Positions 29,863-39,836 of a stretch of DNA of 64,000 nt are shown in pieces. The position numbers and the translations under genes were made by a program. Origin of the DNA: a virus (lineage: Duplodnaviria; Caudoviricetes). Under the pieces are notes generated by a model. It ran no database searches, was not told where the DNA came from, and saw only the letters and a program-made list of their open reading frames with translations. Position 1 is the stretch's first letter; the number at the start of each line of letters is the position of its first letter. Where the stretch lies: the IMG/VR virus record IMGVR_UViG_3300012157_000001, positions 64,001-128,000 of that record; one strand, written 5' to 3'.

Positions 29863-30275
29863 CCGATCTGATCCCCGCGAGGCTCCTCCCCGTCGCCGCG
29901 ATTCGCGCGGACATGGATCGCGAACGCGCGATGCGTGGACTCACCGGCGAACAGGTGCCTCAACCGAGCAAAGACACCATGGACGTCGAAGACGTTCACC
30001 TCCGCAAGGCCCTGATGCGGAAGCTCCGATGGCCACGTGACGGCGCGCGCAGGCCGTGGCTAGTCGGCATCGCGATGCTCGGTGGGCCGGGCGCACCCTG
30101 GCAGGGCGTCGGCAACGTCGTGCGAAGCTGGTCGGCTTCTAGCTTCTGTACCGTTTGGCAAAAGCTGCCACTGAAGGAGCACCCACAGATGAAGCAGTGG
30201 AAGAGCCAATGGGTGGACGTGAATCGGATGGCTCTCGACATCTTCTACGGCCACATCACGGATCCGTACCGATGA
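29859..30275 (+). CDS. tag family B paralog 6
   Basis: MDRERAMRGLTGE...MALDIFYGHITD. Confidence 0.72.
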   Translation: MTDLIPARLLPVAAIRADMDRERAMRGLTGEQVPQPSKDTMDVEDVHLRKALMRKLRWPRDGARRPWLVGIAMLGGPGAPWQGVGNVVRSWSASSFCTVWQKLPLKEHPQMKQWKSQWVDVNRMALDIFYGHITDPYR

Positions 30276-30505
30276 TGCTCCTCAACTGCACCCACTGCGA
30301 CGATCTCGTCGTGCTCTTTGAGACTAGGGAGCGGTCCTGCATCTGCGGCCGGTCGAGCGGACAGCTAAAGGGGCTCAAGGGCCAGGAAAAGCCCGCCGTC
30401 ACTGGCGCTGCCCGCATCGTCGAAATACCGTGGGAAGAGTACGACCAGGCGTCCAGCGGGACCTGGCAGCGCTGGCGTATTCTCAAGGCGCCGCGGCAGG
30501 GTTGA
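30272..30505 (+). CDS. small Cys-rich protein
   Basis: CTHCDD...CICGRSSG. Confidence 0.65.
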   Translation: MMLLNCTHCDDLVVLFETRERSCICGRSSGQLKGLKGQEKPAVTGAARIVEIPWEEYDQASSGTWQRWRILKAPRQG

Positions 30506-30540
30506 CACCATACGGCAGCGATGGCAGCGTTGGCAGCATG
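30502..30540 (+). promoter_or_regulatory. recurrent promoter, probably leaderless; three GGCAGC copies
   Basis: TTGACA-N17(ending TGG)-CAGCGT-7nt-ATG. Confidence 0.6.
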
Positions 30541-30813
30541 ACGGTTCTGTTGTGCCTAGGCGCTGTTCTCCTGGGCTACGCCGCCCGAGCGGCACAGGAA
30601 CACTATCTTCAGCGTCGTCGCGAGCGCGCTCTTCAGGCTCTCAGCGGAGAGCTGCCCGACTGGGAGAAGCGCTCCAGGGACCTAGAGGACCACGCTGACC
30701 GGGATGAAATAGAAGGCAACCTCACGAGCGCAAGGGTGTGCCGTAAGAAAGCGGCCCGCATGCGCCGTGTCGCACTACGGCGCCTAGGCCGCGGCCGCGC
30801 GGCGCTCCCATGA
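30538..30813 (+). CDS. tag family C paralog 1 (N-terminal TM)
   Basis: TM then RERALQALSGELPDWE. Confidence 0.72.
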   Translation: MTVLLCLGAVLLGYAARAAQEHYLQRRRERALQALSGELPDWEKRSRDLEDHADRDEIEGNLTSARVCRKKAARMRRVALRRLGRGRAALP

Positions 30814-31097
30814 TGATGACGTACCTGTTCACGCACCTCGCTGCGTGTGCGCTCGGATACGGCGGGCGCGTCTTCCTCGAATGGCGACAGCAGCGCCACC
30901 GTGAGCGCCTGCTCCGAGCACTCGGCGGCAAGCTACCGGACTGGGAGGAACAGGCGCGGGCGCTGGAGAGCACGGCGCACCTTTGTCTTTCCGAGATGAC
31001 CCAACTGTCGGGTGCTACGCACGCCGCGAACACCTTGCGCGCAGAGGCGGACATCACTCGTCGCCGAGGGCGCCGACGTGACCGGGAGTGGCTATGA
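30810..31097 (+). CDS. tag family C paralog 2 (N-terminal TM)
   Basis: TM then RERLLRALGGKLPDWE. Confidence 0.72.
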   Translation: MMMTYLFTHLAACALGYGGRVFLEWRQQRHRERLLRALGGKLPDWEEQARALESTAHLCLSEMTQLSGATHAANTLRAEADITRRRGRRRDREWL

Positions 31098-31540
31098 AGA
31101 GCCGGTTGGACTGGCTCGTCGCGCTCGCGTGGCTCTCATTCGCGTGGGCGTCTGCGCGAGCGCCCTCTTTCGGTCCACCCATGAAATACATTCGGGTATT
31201 CGACGCGGTGCTCGCTCTCGCGTGGGCGACGTTCGCATGGCTGAGCTACGCGCGCCGACAGGCCATGCTCCGTGAGCGCGCCTTTGCGGCTCTAGCTGGA
31301 CCGTTGCCGCCGGCTGCAAGTACGGTCCTTAAACTCGAATCGAGAGGTCCGGCCGTGCTCCGGTGGAAGGCTCGACTTTGCGAGCTCGGCTACGACGTGC
31401 CAGCGGACGATGTGTTTGACGAGAAAACAGCTATCGCCACCGCGGCCTACCAGCAGTCGCTCGGGCTCGTAGGAGACGGGATCGCGGGTCCGAAGACGCA
31501 GCGCGCTCATTTTCGACGCCGCTTCCGGTGGTTCCGATGA
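31094..31540 (+). CDS. membrane protein with tag and peptidoglycan-binding (PG_binding_1) domain
   Basis: two hydrophobic segments, RERAFAALAG, LKLESRGPAV..L..LGY..DDVFDEKT..YQQSLGLVGDGIAGPKT. Confidence 0.8.
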   Translation: MKSRLDWLVALAWLSFAWASARAPSFGPPMKYIRVFDAVLALAWATFAWLSYARRQAMLRERAFAALAGPLPPAASTVLKLESRGPAVLRWKARLCELGYDVPADDVFDEKTAIATAAYQQSLGLVGDGIAGPKTQRAHFRRRFRWFR

Positions 31541-31821
31541 CGACGATCGCGCTTTTCGCCATCAGTGGCGTCGCGGGCTTCGGCCTGGGGACCCTTCTCG
31601 GCTACTGTGTTCCGAAGCTCTACGCACGGGCGGTCGCAAAAGCTGTCGAGCGGGAGCGCGTCGTGGCCGCGTTGGCGGGACAGCAGGTACCAAGCTGGGA
31701 GCGGACCGCCTCGGAGCTGGAGCAGGCGGCGGTCGAACAAGCGAAGCGCGGGAATACAACCCGCTCGCAGGCGCTGCTTGACCAGGCCGCGGGAGTACGC
31801 GCCCGAGGCGCGGCACGTTGA
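31537..31821 (+). CDS. tag family C paralog 3 (N-terminal TM)
   Basis: TM then RERVVAALAGQQVPSWE. Confidence 0.72.
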   Translation: MTTIALFAISGVAGFGLGTLLGYCVPKLYARAVAKAVERERVVAALAGQQVPSWERTASELEQAAVEQAKRGNTTRSQALLDQAAGVRARGAAR

Positions 31822-31846
31822 CGGCCGGTGACGCCAGTGATAGCGT
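31818..31846 (+). promoter_or_regulatory. recurrent promoter
   Basis: TTGACG-N17(ending TGA)-TAGCGT. Confidence 0.55.
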
Positions 31847-32164
31847 CGGCTGCACGACGACGATGGACTCAGACGCCGAGCGACTCCGACGCATTCGGTG
31901 GTGCCGCTGCGGGCAGCCGTGGATCCCGGCGGCTGGCCTCTACGGCACGACCGAGGAGACGGAGTGCTGCGCCTGCGTACTCCGTCGCATGCTTGCCGAA
32001 GAACGAAAGGCGTATGGCGCCAAGGCAGCACTTCGGGCGGCCACGACGGTCGCATTCGCCGCAGCCGTGGAGGAGTGCGAGGCGTACTCGAAGGGCACGA
32101 CATCAGTGGAGGCCAAGGCGGTCGCGATGAATCTCGCGGTGCGCATCACACGGAGAGCAAAACA

Positions 32165-32731
32165 ATGAGCGGGCAAATCATCCAGTACCGAGACGACCTT
32201 GTCAGGTGTTTCGTGGACACCGAGTTCTATGAAGACGGCAAAACGATCGACCTGATCAGTCTCGGAGCGGTGCGCTCCGACGGCAGGGAGTTCTACGCCG
32301 TGAGCTCCGAGGCGAAACTCGACCGTGTGTCGGAGTGGGTCCGGGACAACGTCTTGCCGCACCTGCCTCCCCAGGGCGACCCGGCCTGGCAAACGCGCTC
32401 CGAGATCGCTCTCGGATTCTCGGCATTCATGATCGGCCTCGACCGCGAGAAGATCGGCGAAACCTGGGAGCAGGTCGGCGAAGTCTGGGGCTACTACTCC
32501 GACTACGACTGGGTCGGCATCTGCCAGCTATACGGCACGATGATGGGGCTGCCGACACACTTCCCGATGTACTGCCTCGACCTGAAGCAGCTCTCGTGGA
32601 TGCTCGGTAACCCGAAGCACCCAGAGCAAGAGACGGGCGAGCACCACGCGCTGCATGACGCGCGCTGGAACCGCGACCTGTTCGCGTTTCTACGCACTGT
32701 GCCGAGCGGCGTGCGGCGCTACGGCCGATAG
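32165..32731 (+). CDS. DEDD 3'-5' exoribonuclease (Rv2179c/DUF5051-like)
   Basis: FVDTEF...LISLG...WVRDNVLPHL...YSDYDW...HHALHDA. Confidence 0.88.
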   Translation: MSGQIIQYRDDLVRCFVDTEFYEDGKTIDLISLGAVRSDGREFYAVSSEAKLDRVSEWVRDNVLPHLPPQGDPAWQTRSEIALGFSAFMIGLDREKIGETWEQVGEVWGYYSDYDWVGICQLYGTMMGLPTHFPMYCLDLKQLSWMLGNPKHPEQETGEHHALHDARWNRDLFAFLRTVPSGVRRYGR

Positions 32732-32743
32732 GAAAGGACACCG

Positions 32744-33670
32744 ATGTACGACGCAAGAGTCTTGGCGCATTCCGTGAGCCCCACCGGTTACGAGCTCGTC
32801 ACGCTCGCAGCCACGTTCCCTCGAATCATCCTCGCCGAGGCCAACACGCATCGCGTGCTGTCACGGAACAGCGCTTCGTCGCGCGCAATCCCCGTGGAGC
32901 GGCGTATCAAGCAGATCCGGTCCTCTTGCTTCATTCCCGAGGCGTTCGGCAAGAACAAGAGCGGCATGCGGGCTGACGAGCCGCTCGGGGAGGACGAGGA
33001 CAGCCTTGCACGGACCATTTGGGCGAAGGCCGCGGAGGACGCCGCCATCCACGCGGATGCGCTTGCGGCGATCGGAGTCCACAAGCAGCACGCGAACCGT
33101 CTCATCGAGACGTTCGCCTGGCACACTATTATCGTCACCGCGACCGAGTGGGCGAACTGGGACGCGCTCCGCGTGAGCAAGAACGCTCAGCCCGAGATGC
33201 ACAAGATCGCCGGCATGATGCGCGAGGTACGGCTCGCCAGCGTTGGGGTGGCTGTAGACTACGACCAGTGGCACCTGCCGCTCGTGCGTGGCACTCCATC
33301 TTTCGGCAGGCCGATACAGGAGATCTTTGCCGAGGAGCACGATCTTCGGACCCGCGGCATCGATCCGGTGAAGGTCTGTGTCGGGCGTTGCGCCGCCGTG
33401 AGCTACGAGCGCCACACCGTAGACAGCACCCCGGAAAAAGACGCCGCGCGCTACGATGGGCTCCGTTCGAATGGGCACATGTCGCCGTTCGAGCACGCCT
33501 GCCGGCCCATGGCTCCTACGGAGCTCGACCTGTTCGCGCAACCTGAGTGCGTCTGGGACGGATCGCGGTTCCTGCGCACCGGTCGGATTCGACACTTCCT
33601 CGGGAACGTCGAAGGGTGGATTCAGCAGAGGAAGATGATCCCTGGAGAGGACGTATACACCGGAGAGTAG
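32744..33670 (+). CDS. thyX: flavin-dependent thymidylate synthase
   Basis: FPRIILAEANTHRVLSRNSASSRAIP, HKQHANR, AQPE, HMSPFEH. Confidence 0.9.
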   Translation: MYDARVLAHSVSPTGYELVTLAATFPRIILAEANTHRVLSRNSASSRAIPVERRIKQIRSSCFIPEAFGKNKSGMRADEPLGEDEDSLARTIWAKAAEDAAIHADALAAIGVHKQHANRLIETFAWHTIIVTATEWANWDALRVSKNAQPEMHKIAGMMREVRLASVGVAVDYDQWHLPLVRGTPSFGRPIQEIFAEEHDLRTRGIDPVKVCVGRCAAVSYERHTVDSTPEKDAARYDGLRSNGHMSPFEHACRPMAPTELDLFAQPECVWDGSRFLRTGRIRHFLGNVEGWIQQRKMIPGEDVYTGE

Positions 33671-33901
33671 GAGAATGACATGAGTGACGTCACTGAAGTC
33701 AGTTGTGCGCTGTTCAACAAACTCACGCAAAAGAAGGTCTGCGACGTGAAGCTCTTCGCTGTTCCTCGGCCGGGCGACCATGTAGTCGCGCGGCGAGCCT
33801 TCCAGGTCGTGGAGGTTTGGCACGTGGCCGGCAAGGGAATCTGCCTGGTCGTCGAAGAGACGACATCTGGCCTCCCCTCCTACATGCGAGCCTCCTGACC
33901 G

Positions 33902-34240
33902 ATGGACGGCCACCGAGTTTATGTGCGGCTGCCCATTGGGGCAAAGCTCAGCGCCGAGCAGGGGGTCGGCAGCATCGCGATCGACTGCCCCCCGGAGGGG
34001 CTCGACGAGCTCTGCAAGTGGCTCCGACTGACGGCTGATTCGCTCGACGGAAAGCTCAGCGCATCCGAGCTCGGCTACCTCCAGGAGCTCGTGGAAGAGC
34101 AAGCGGACGCGCGCGGCAAGCTGCGCGCCATCGAAGCCTGTCAGCGTTACGCCCAGGAGCACCCAGCGGACGCTCTGACTGCAACACGGATCGCGGAGAA
34201 CATCGCACGGAATCAAGCGGTGAAGGACAACCCCCGGTGA
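33902..34240 (+). CDS. hypothetical protein
   Basis: packing; codon usage. Confidence 0.6.
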   Translation: MDGHRVYVRLPIGAKLSAEQGVGSIAIDCPPEGLDELCKWLRLTADSLDGKLSASELGYLQELVEEQADARGKLRAIEACQRYAQEHPADALTATRIAENIARNQAVKDNPR

Positions 34241-34714
34241 AGTACCGAGCCTTCTGCATCAATTACGAACCGCCCGGCTTTGCATTGAGCAAGGCGACCA
34301 TCGATTCTCTGATGTCCACGGCGGACGTGTGCGTGTTCGCGCCGAAGGGGATCCCGGTCGGCGTGAGAGTCGACGCCTTCAACGGCAAGCGGCTTCGATG
34401 CGTCGCCCATGAGCACCACGGCAAGATCGTGATCCTGGAGGACGACCCGTCGTGAAGCGTGCTCGCCCTCCGAAGTCGAAGCTGCCGTACCCGTTGGTCG
34501 CCTGCTCGCACCACAACGGCGACCCGCTGCCGGGTTACGTCGTTTGCGTGCATGCCATCGACGAGCCAGAGCTGCCAGTAACGGTCGAGCGTGCGACTGC
34601 TACGAACGCCGGCACCGTGCTCTGCGGCGTGTGCTCCGGAGATCCCGACGTGCCGGTGGAGTTACTGAAGACGACGTGCGCGCACTTCGTGGCCGAGAAG
34701 TTCGGAGTCGATCT

Positions 34715-35248
34715 TTGACCGCGCCGTTCAGCCTGGCGGCGCCGAAGCAGCCGTTCGCCGTCTTCTCCAAATGCAAGCGCTACCGATACATGCTCGGATG
34801 GCCGGCGAAGGCCGACGGCCGCGGCGTCGCGTTGTTCATTTTAGCCAATCCGTCGACCGCGACAGCTGAGCAGACCGACCCAACTGTCACGCGCTGCATC
34901 GGCTACGCGACGCGCTGGGGCTACGAGTGGTGTCACGTCGTGAACGCCCGCGCATGGCGCGAGACGGATCCCCGGAAGGTACCGACGGACCCGCTCGCGA
35001 TCAGCGAGCCAGGTGAGCCAGCCCTGAACGACGACACGATTCAGCACGAAGCAACGCGAGCCGGCATCGTCATCTGCGGCTGGGGAGCGCTTGGCGGAGA
35101 TCGAGGTCCACAGATTCTCGCCTACCTGCGTGCCGCTGGTGTGCGGTCCTTCGCGCTCGCCCTGAACGACGACGGTACGCCACGCCACCCGCTCGCGCGG
35201 GGCAAGCTCGCCATTCCGAAAGACGTTCGACCCGTACCCATCCCATAG
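34715..35248 (+). CDS. DUF1643 family protein
   Basis: AVFSKCKRYRYML...NPSTA...DPTVTRC...GWG...GTPRHPL. Confidence 0.88.
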   Translation: MTAPFSLAAPKQPFAVFSKCKRYRYMLGWPAKADGRGVALFILANPSTATAEQTDPTVTRCIGYATRWGYEWCHVVNARAWRETDPRKVPTDPLAISEPGEPALNDDTIQHEATRAGIVICGWGALGGDRGPQILAYLRAAGVRSFALALNDDGTPRHPLARGKLAIPKDVRPVPIP

Positions 35249-36179
35249 CCCTACGGAGAATCTATGCAAGACGCCCACGCAACCGAGTTCAGTCACGAAT
35301 TCAACATCGCCATTACCCTGCGAGAGATGGGCAAAGGCTACGAGTCGGCGGCGTCAGCCCTCGAACGCGGCGAGAAGATCACGGAGGCCACAATCGCCGA
35401 CATCGAGCAGGCGACGACTGAAGTTGTCAGCAACCTACGGGCCCTATTGAAGGCGCCGGTGTCCGGATGAGCGCCGACGTGGAACCCGGCAGTTTCGAAT
35501 GACCGCAAATAAGCTGACGGCGCGGTGGTTTCTCTACGGAATAAGCATCGCATTTCTGTTCGTCGGAGCGTTCGGCCTCCGCTACACGGCCGACTACCGG
35601 TGGTGCTGGGCATTTGTCGCCAGCATCCTGTGCGGCCTGGGAGTGATCCGGCCAGAGAACGAAGACGACGAAGGGCGCCGATGAAAACTGGATGGGAAAT
35701 CGTCTGCCCGGACGGGAAGGTGCGACACTACCCGTACATCAACTTCGAGGATGCTGAGTTCGACGCCAAGACAGCGGCATCCGGGAAATGCCAGTTCTAC
35801 CCAACGCCCGGTGCGCTGGAGGTACAGCACGGGCCCTGCCCAGGCGGTCCGCACGGGCTTCGGCCTGCTGCGCTTCCGACTGGGGGCGAAGCCTGATGAA
35901 TCCGCACAATTGGCTCTCCCGCATCTCCGGGCTGCCGCCGTGGCCGCTCCCGGTTCCGCCGGCCGACACGGTGCGCTGGCGCTGCCAGTACTGTGGAATG
36001 GAGGGGACCTGGAAAGAGCTCCACGCCGTCGCCTGCAGCTACGTCTATCCGCCATGCCCGTCTTGCGGGCAGACTCCAGAATGTGCAGCCGACTGCCGCG
36101 GGATCGCGGAGGCGCTAGCCGCCCCCGGTGTGCACATCATCGGGACCTTCGACCCCAACCTACCGAAAGCCTGACGCCA

Positions 36180-36926
36180 ATGGCAGCGCCCGACCAATTG
36201 TACCTAGAGCAGTGGCCCGAGAGCGCGGACCGCGACGACCGCATCTTCTACGAGCCAACGGGCTACGGGGAGGACGGCAGGGGCAACGCGAGCGCCATCA
36301 CCGTGTACGTGAAGGAGAGCCTCGCGGGTAACCCAACGCCGCATACGGCGCGCGTTGCGTTTAAGAGCTGGTCGCTCGACGTTCAACGCGCATTCCTTGC
36401 GGACCTACACGGGGAACACGCTTACGCAGCAGGCGCGGCTGATGCAGCGTTCCCGATCGAGCTTGTCGGAGGTTCACACGGGCTACGCGCAGAGTGGGCG
36501 CACGGGCGCGCGCACTGTGCCGAGCGGAAGGCGCAGATCGATACTGGTGCGCGCGGAGAGCTTCAGCTGGCCGAAGCCGCCGCAAGGGTCACGTGGGATT
36601 TCGTTGAGGACGACGTGGGCTTCGACGAGGACCAGCTCGCGGCTCGCCGAACGGCCCGTGAGCGCCTCTGCGCCGAACCCGTCGTCGAGATTGCGGCGAT
36701 GGAGGGCGAGTCCAGCGGCAGCGACGGGGAGCCGTACTGGTACGCCATTTTCCTGCGGGACCGAGCCGCCGAGAAGGCGATTGGGCTTTCGGTCGGAACA
36801 ATTCAGTGCGCCTCCGGTCGCCCGACCGAGCAGGCCATCATCGCCGCGCTCACCCGTTGGCGTCCGGGACCGGAATACCGGGTGACAAAACGGGTGTTCA
36901 GCCACGGGGGCTCGATCATTGGCTAG
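36180..36926 (+). CDS. hypothetical protein
   Basis: 248 aa; codon usage. Confidence 0.65.
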   Translation: MAAPDQLYLEQWPESADRDDRIFYEPTGYGEDGRGNASAITVYVKESLAGNPTPHTARVAFKSWSLDVQRAFLADLHGEHAYAAGAADAAFPIELVGGSHGLRAEWAHGRAHCAERKAQIDTGARGELQLAEAAARVTWDFVEDDVGFDEDQLAARRTARERLCAEPVVEIAAMEGESSGSDGEPYWYAIFLRDRAAEKAIGLSVGTIQCASGRPTEQAIIAALTRWRPGPEYRVTKRVFSHGGSIIG

Positions 36927-36938
36927 GAGAGCATCGAC

Positions 36939-37454
36939 ATGAGCATGCGCTGCATCTCGTGCGACCAGGAGCAGCGTCCGGCGTCGCCACACACCACTCC
37001 GCTGGATCAGCAGCCGAGCTATGGGTTAGTCCTCTACACGCACGGTAACTACGGATCAGGCCTGTTCGATCCGATGGACGACACGCACCTGGAGCTCTAC
37101 CTTTGCGACGGCTGCGCGGAGAAAAAGGCTGCGTCCGTCTATCACGTGACGCCCGGCGCGCGACGACAAGACAACGTGCACGTTCGTTTCGACGAGTGGC
37201 TCGATGCAAGAACGAAAACGGAGGAAGTCCTGATGGCCAACCCTGAACGTCTCAAGATGGCGCAACGCCTAGTGGAGGCAAAGCACGATGCTGGGGTCCA
37301 CCCGGAGCACGGCGTGGTGATCTACTTCTCAAACAGAATTTGGCGCGTGGCCGGAGGGGATCCGCGCTCGCCCTCACTGATGGGACTCGCCGGTGTACGA
37401 GTCAGCGAGGTGACGTGGCTCAAACCGGGGCACAGACCGGAACCGGTGACGTGA
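36939..37454 (+). CDS. hypothetical protein with CxxC pair
   Basis: CISC...GNYGSGLFD...LCDGC; AGGAG RBS. Confidence 0.7.
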   Translation: MSMRCISCDQEQRPASPHTTPLDQQPSYGLVLYTHGNYGSGLFDPMDDTHLELYLCDGCAEKKAASVYHVTPGARRQDNVHVRFDEWLDARTKTEEVLMANPERLKMAQRLVEAKHDAGVHPEHGVVIYFSNRIWRVAGGDPRSPSLMGLAGVRVSEVTWLKPGHRPEPVT

Positions 37455-37594
37455 CGATCGATCTGGAGCTGACGCTGAACCGATTCGGGTTCGAGCGCGT
37501 CGCATCCAATAAGCTACAACTCGGGCCCGTGCGCCTCTCCTGGTGGCGCGGCACCGGAAAGCACTCAGTCAGCATGGAGGTAAACTGGAAGACA

Positions 37595-37978
37595 ATGAAC
37601 ACACGAGACGAGCGCCAGCGGCGCGTGTACGAGTGGGTGCGAACCACCTTCGGACTCGCCAACCAGGACGCTCACGAACGCGCTCTGCGCTTCTTCGAGG
37701 AAGCCGCGGAGCTCGCCCAGGCCGAGGGCATCCGTGAGGAAGAGCTGCTCCGAATCGTCCAGCACGTCTGCGCAAAGCCAGCTGGCAGGCCCGAGCAGGA
37801 GGCCGGCGGCGCCGGCACGACGCTGCTCGCGTACTGCGCCTCGAAGGGCTTTTCCGCAGACGACGCCGAGCGGCGCGAGTTCGAGCGCGTTCTCACGATC
37901 CCTGCTGCGCACTTTCGGCAGCGCCACCGCGTCAAATCGGATGCCGGCATTGCGCTCCCTTGCTCGGACGACCCATGA
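37595..37978 (+). CDS. MazG-like nucleotide pyrophosphohydrolase (frame open from 37451)
   Basis: ERALRFFEEAAELAQA...QEAGG. Confidence 0.6.
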   Translation: MNTRDERQRRVYEWVRTTFGLANQDAHERALRFFEEAAELAQAEGIREEELLRIVQHVCAKPAGRPEQEAGGAGTTLLAYCASKGFSADDAERREFERVLTIPAAHFRQRHRVKSDAGIALPCSDDP

Positions 37979-38351
37979 TCGGCCTCGCGCCACAGCCGTT
38001 TTCTGACCGCGTCGATCGCTGCCCTAGTTGCAAGGTAGGACTGGTGCTTGAGTGCGACTTCGGCTGGTGGTGCTCGCGTCGATACGATCCGGATAACCCC
38101 TGCGGCTGGGAGAAGGGAGATCCCGGCCCGAGTGCAGCACCGGAGACGAAGACGACCCAGCATGACGAGCATCTGCGGAAGTACCGGAAGCGGCGCGCGC
38201 TACGGCACCGCGAGATGTTGAAGCCGCGGCGCTGCGACGCCTGCAAGCAGCCCATCTGCTGCTTTTTCGGCCAACGTTCCGTCGAGGATCTCTTGGCCCC
38301 CGGCGGCGTTTGGATTCTGCACCCCAGCTGCAGCCCTCCGATCGGGCCGGC

Positions 38352-38392
38352 TTGACCCGGCGCGGCGGCTCTGGCAGCATTGCCGTCACATG
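38352..38392 (+). promoter_or_regulatory. recurrent promoter
   Basis: TTGACC-N17(ending TGG)-CAGCAT-9nt-ATG. Confidence 0.6.
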
Positions 38393-38833
38393 GCTGAGGG
38401 ACACATCGTGTTACTTCCTTGCCCACACTGTGGCTCCACTCGGATAGTGATCGACGCGGACCTTGCAGACTCGGGCGTGCACCAAGCAGTCTGCTCCGAA
38501 TGCTGCGCCATGGGCCCAATCGTCAAAATGGACATGGACGTCATCGAAGGCAAGGAAGAGCAGCAGGCGTTCGACCTGTGGAACATGAGAGTCAAACCGG
38601 AGGACGTCGCCGCAGCCGAACGTCGAGGGCAGGCTGAGGCTCTCCGATGGGTCGCTGCCGAGCTCGAAGCACAGCTGACCGAGGCCCGGGACGACTCGCT
38701 ACGACTCCTCATCTCCGCTGGAGCACGTAGCCACATGAACGCGCTCGACGCAACCGCAACGATGTGTCGAGCGGCCGCGGTGCGCGCGCTGCGTGGTAAG
38801 GCGCTCTCGACGGGAAAGGATCCGTCCGAATGA
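38390..38833 (+). CDS. Lar-like (restriction alleviation) zinc-finger protein
   Basis: LLPCPHCGS...VCSECCAMGP...AFDLWNMR. Confidence 0.7.
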   Translation: MAEGHIVLLPCPHCGSTRIVIDADLADSGVHQAVCSECCAMGPIVKMDMDVIEGKEEQQAFDLWNMRVKPEDVAAAERRGQAEALRWVAAELEAQLTEARDDSLRLLISAGARSHMNALDATATMCRAAAVRALRGKALSTGKDPSE

Positions 38834-39252
38834 AACAAGAACCCACTCAGGCGGCGATTGTCGACCTGATTCAGAACCTGCGCATACTCCGAGGGCTTGC
38901 CACTCCGGGAGAGTGGTACATTTCAGACCTCGACGGCGCCTGGGCTGCCGCGGTCGACGCGCCGCTCATGAAGGCGATCGGTGAAAGCCTTGGCAAGGTC
39001 GGCGGCGGTCCTGAGCAGCCGATCGGTGACTGCGACTTCTCCGGGGCCGACGAAGCATACGCGCTCGGAGCGGTGAATTCGGTTCCGGCGCTGCTCGACG
39101 AGATCGAGCTCCTTCGCGATGCCTGCTCGACGGCTCTGAAATGGGTGGAGAACATGCGCATCGTTGCTGGCGGTGAGCGCGAGCGACTCCGCGACAAGCT
39201 GCGGCATGCGCTCGGACCAAGAGAGGACCGGGCATGCCGCTCGAAGGAGTGA
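38830..39252 (+). CDS. Ead/Ea22-like phage protein
   Basis: ATPGEW...ADEAY..AVNSVPALLDEIELLR. Confidence 0.55.
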   Translation: MKQEPTQAAIVDLIQNLRILRGLATPGEWYISDLDGAWAAAVDAPLMKAIGESLGKVGGGPEQPIGDCDFSGADEAYALGAVNSVPALLDEIELLRDACSTALKWVENMRIVAGGERERLRDKLRHALGPREDRACRSKE

Positions 39253-39836
39253 ACGCCTTTCCGCTTTGCTGGCCTGTGGGCTGGCCGCGGACGATGGACC
39301 GACGGAAATCGCCGTATGAAGTCGTTGACTTCGGCCGGAATCGCGACCTGGTCCTCGGTTCGCTGCTCAAAATGGCGGACCGCCGTGACGTTGTGATCTC
39401 GACCAATGTGCCCCTCCGTGATGACGGTCTGCCGTACGCGGCGCGGCGCAGTCCGCTCGACCCCGGCGTTGCCGTCTACTGGATGCGTGGTGGCAAGCCG
39501 CAGGTCATCGCGTGCGACCGGTGGTATCGCGTCGGGGAGAACGCCCGCGCGATCTGGTACGCCCTGGAGTCGCTGCGGCAGCTCGAACGCTGCGGCGCCT
39601 CCCAGGTCATCGAGCGCGCCTACTCCGGATTCCTTGCGCTGCCGGCGGCCGGCAGAACGAAGTCGTGGCGCGAGGTGCTGGGCTTCGAGGAGGCCAGCGC
39701 AGTGTCGGTTCAGGCGATCGAGGCTCGTTATCGTGAGTTGGCTCACATCCACCACCCGGATCACGGCGGCGGCGATACCGTGCGCATGAGCGAAATCAAT
39801 CGGGCGCGCGATCAGGCGCTCGCCGAACAGAGGTAG
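39234..39836 (+). CDS. phage J-domain protein
   Basis: FPLCWPVGWPRT N-terminus; C-terminal J domain WREVLG...HHPDHGG...INRA. Confidence 0.88.
   Translation: MPLEGVNAFPLCWPVGWPRTMDRRKSPYEVVDFGRNRDLVLGSLLKMADRRDVVISTNVPLRDDGLPYAARRSPLDPGVAVYWMRGGKPQVIACDRWYRVGENARAIWYALESLRQLERCGASQVIERAYSGFLALPAAGRTKSWREVLGFEEASAVSVQAIEARYRELAHIHHPDHGGGDTVRMSEINRARDQALAEQR

Noticed and set aside
5092-31821. Diversity-generating retroelement or shufflon behind the paralog arrays
   Set aside because: No reverse transcriptase, no near-identical template/variable repeat pair and no inverted recombination sites seen; divergence looks old and protein-level.
32861-34216. 451-aa minus-strand ORF
   Set aside because: Antisense shadow of thyX and downstream genes; no motifs.
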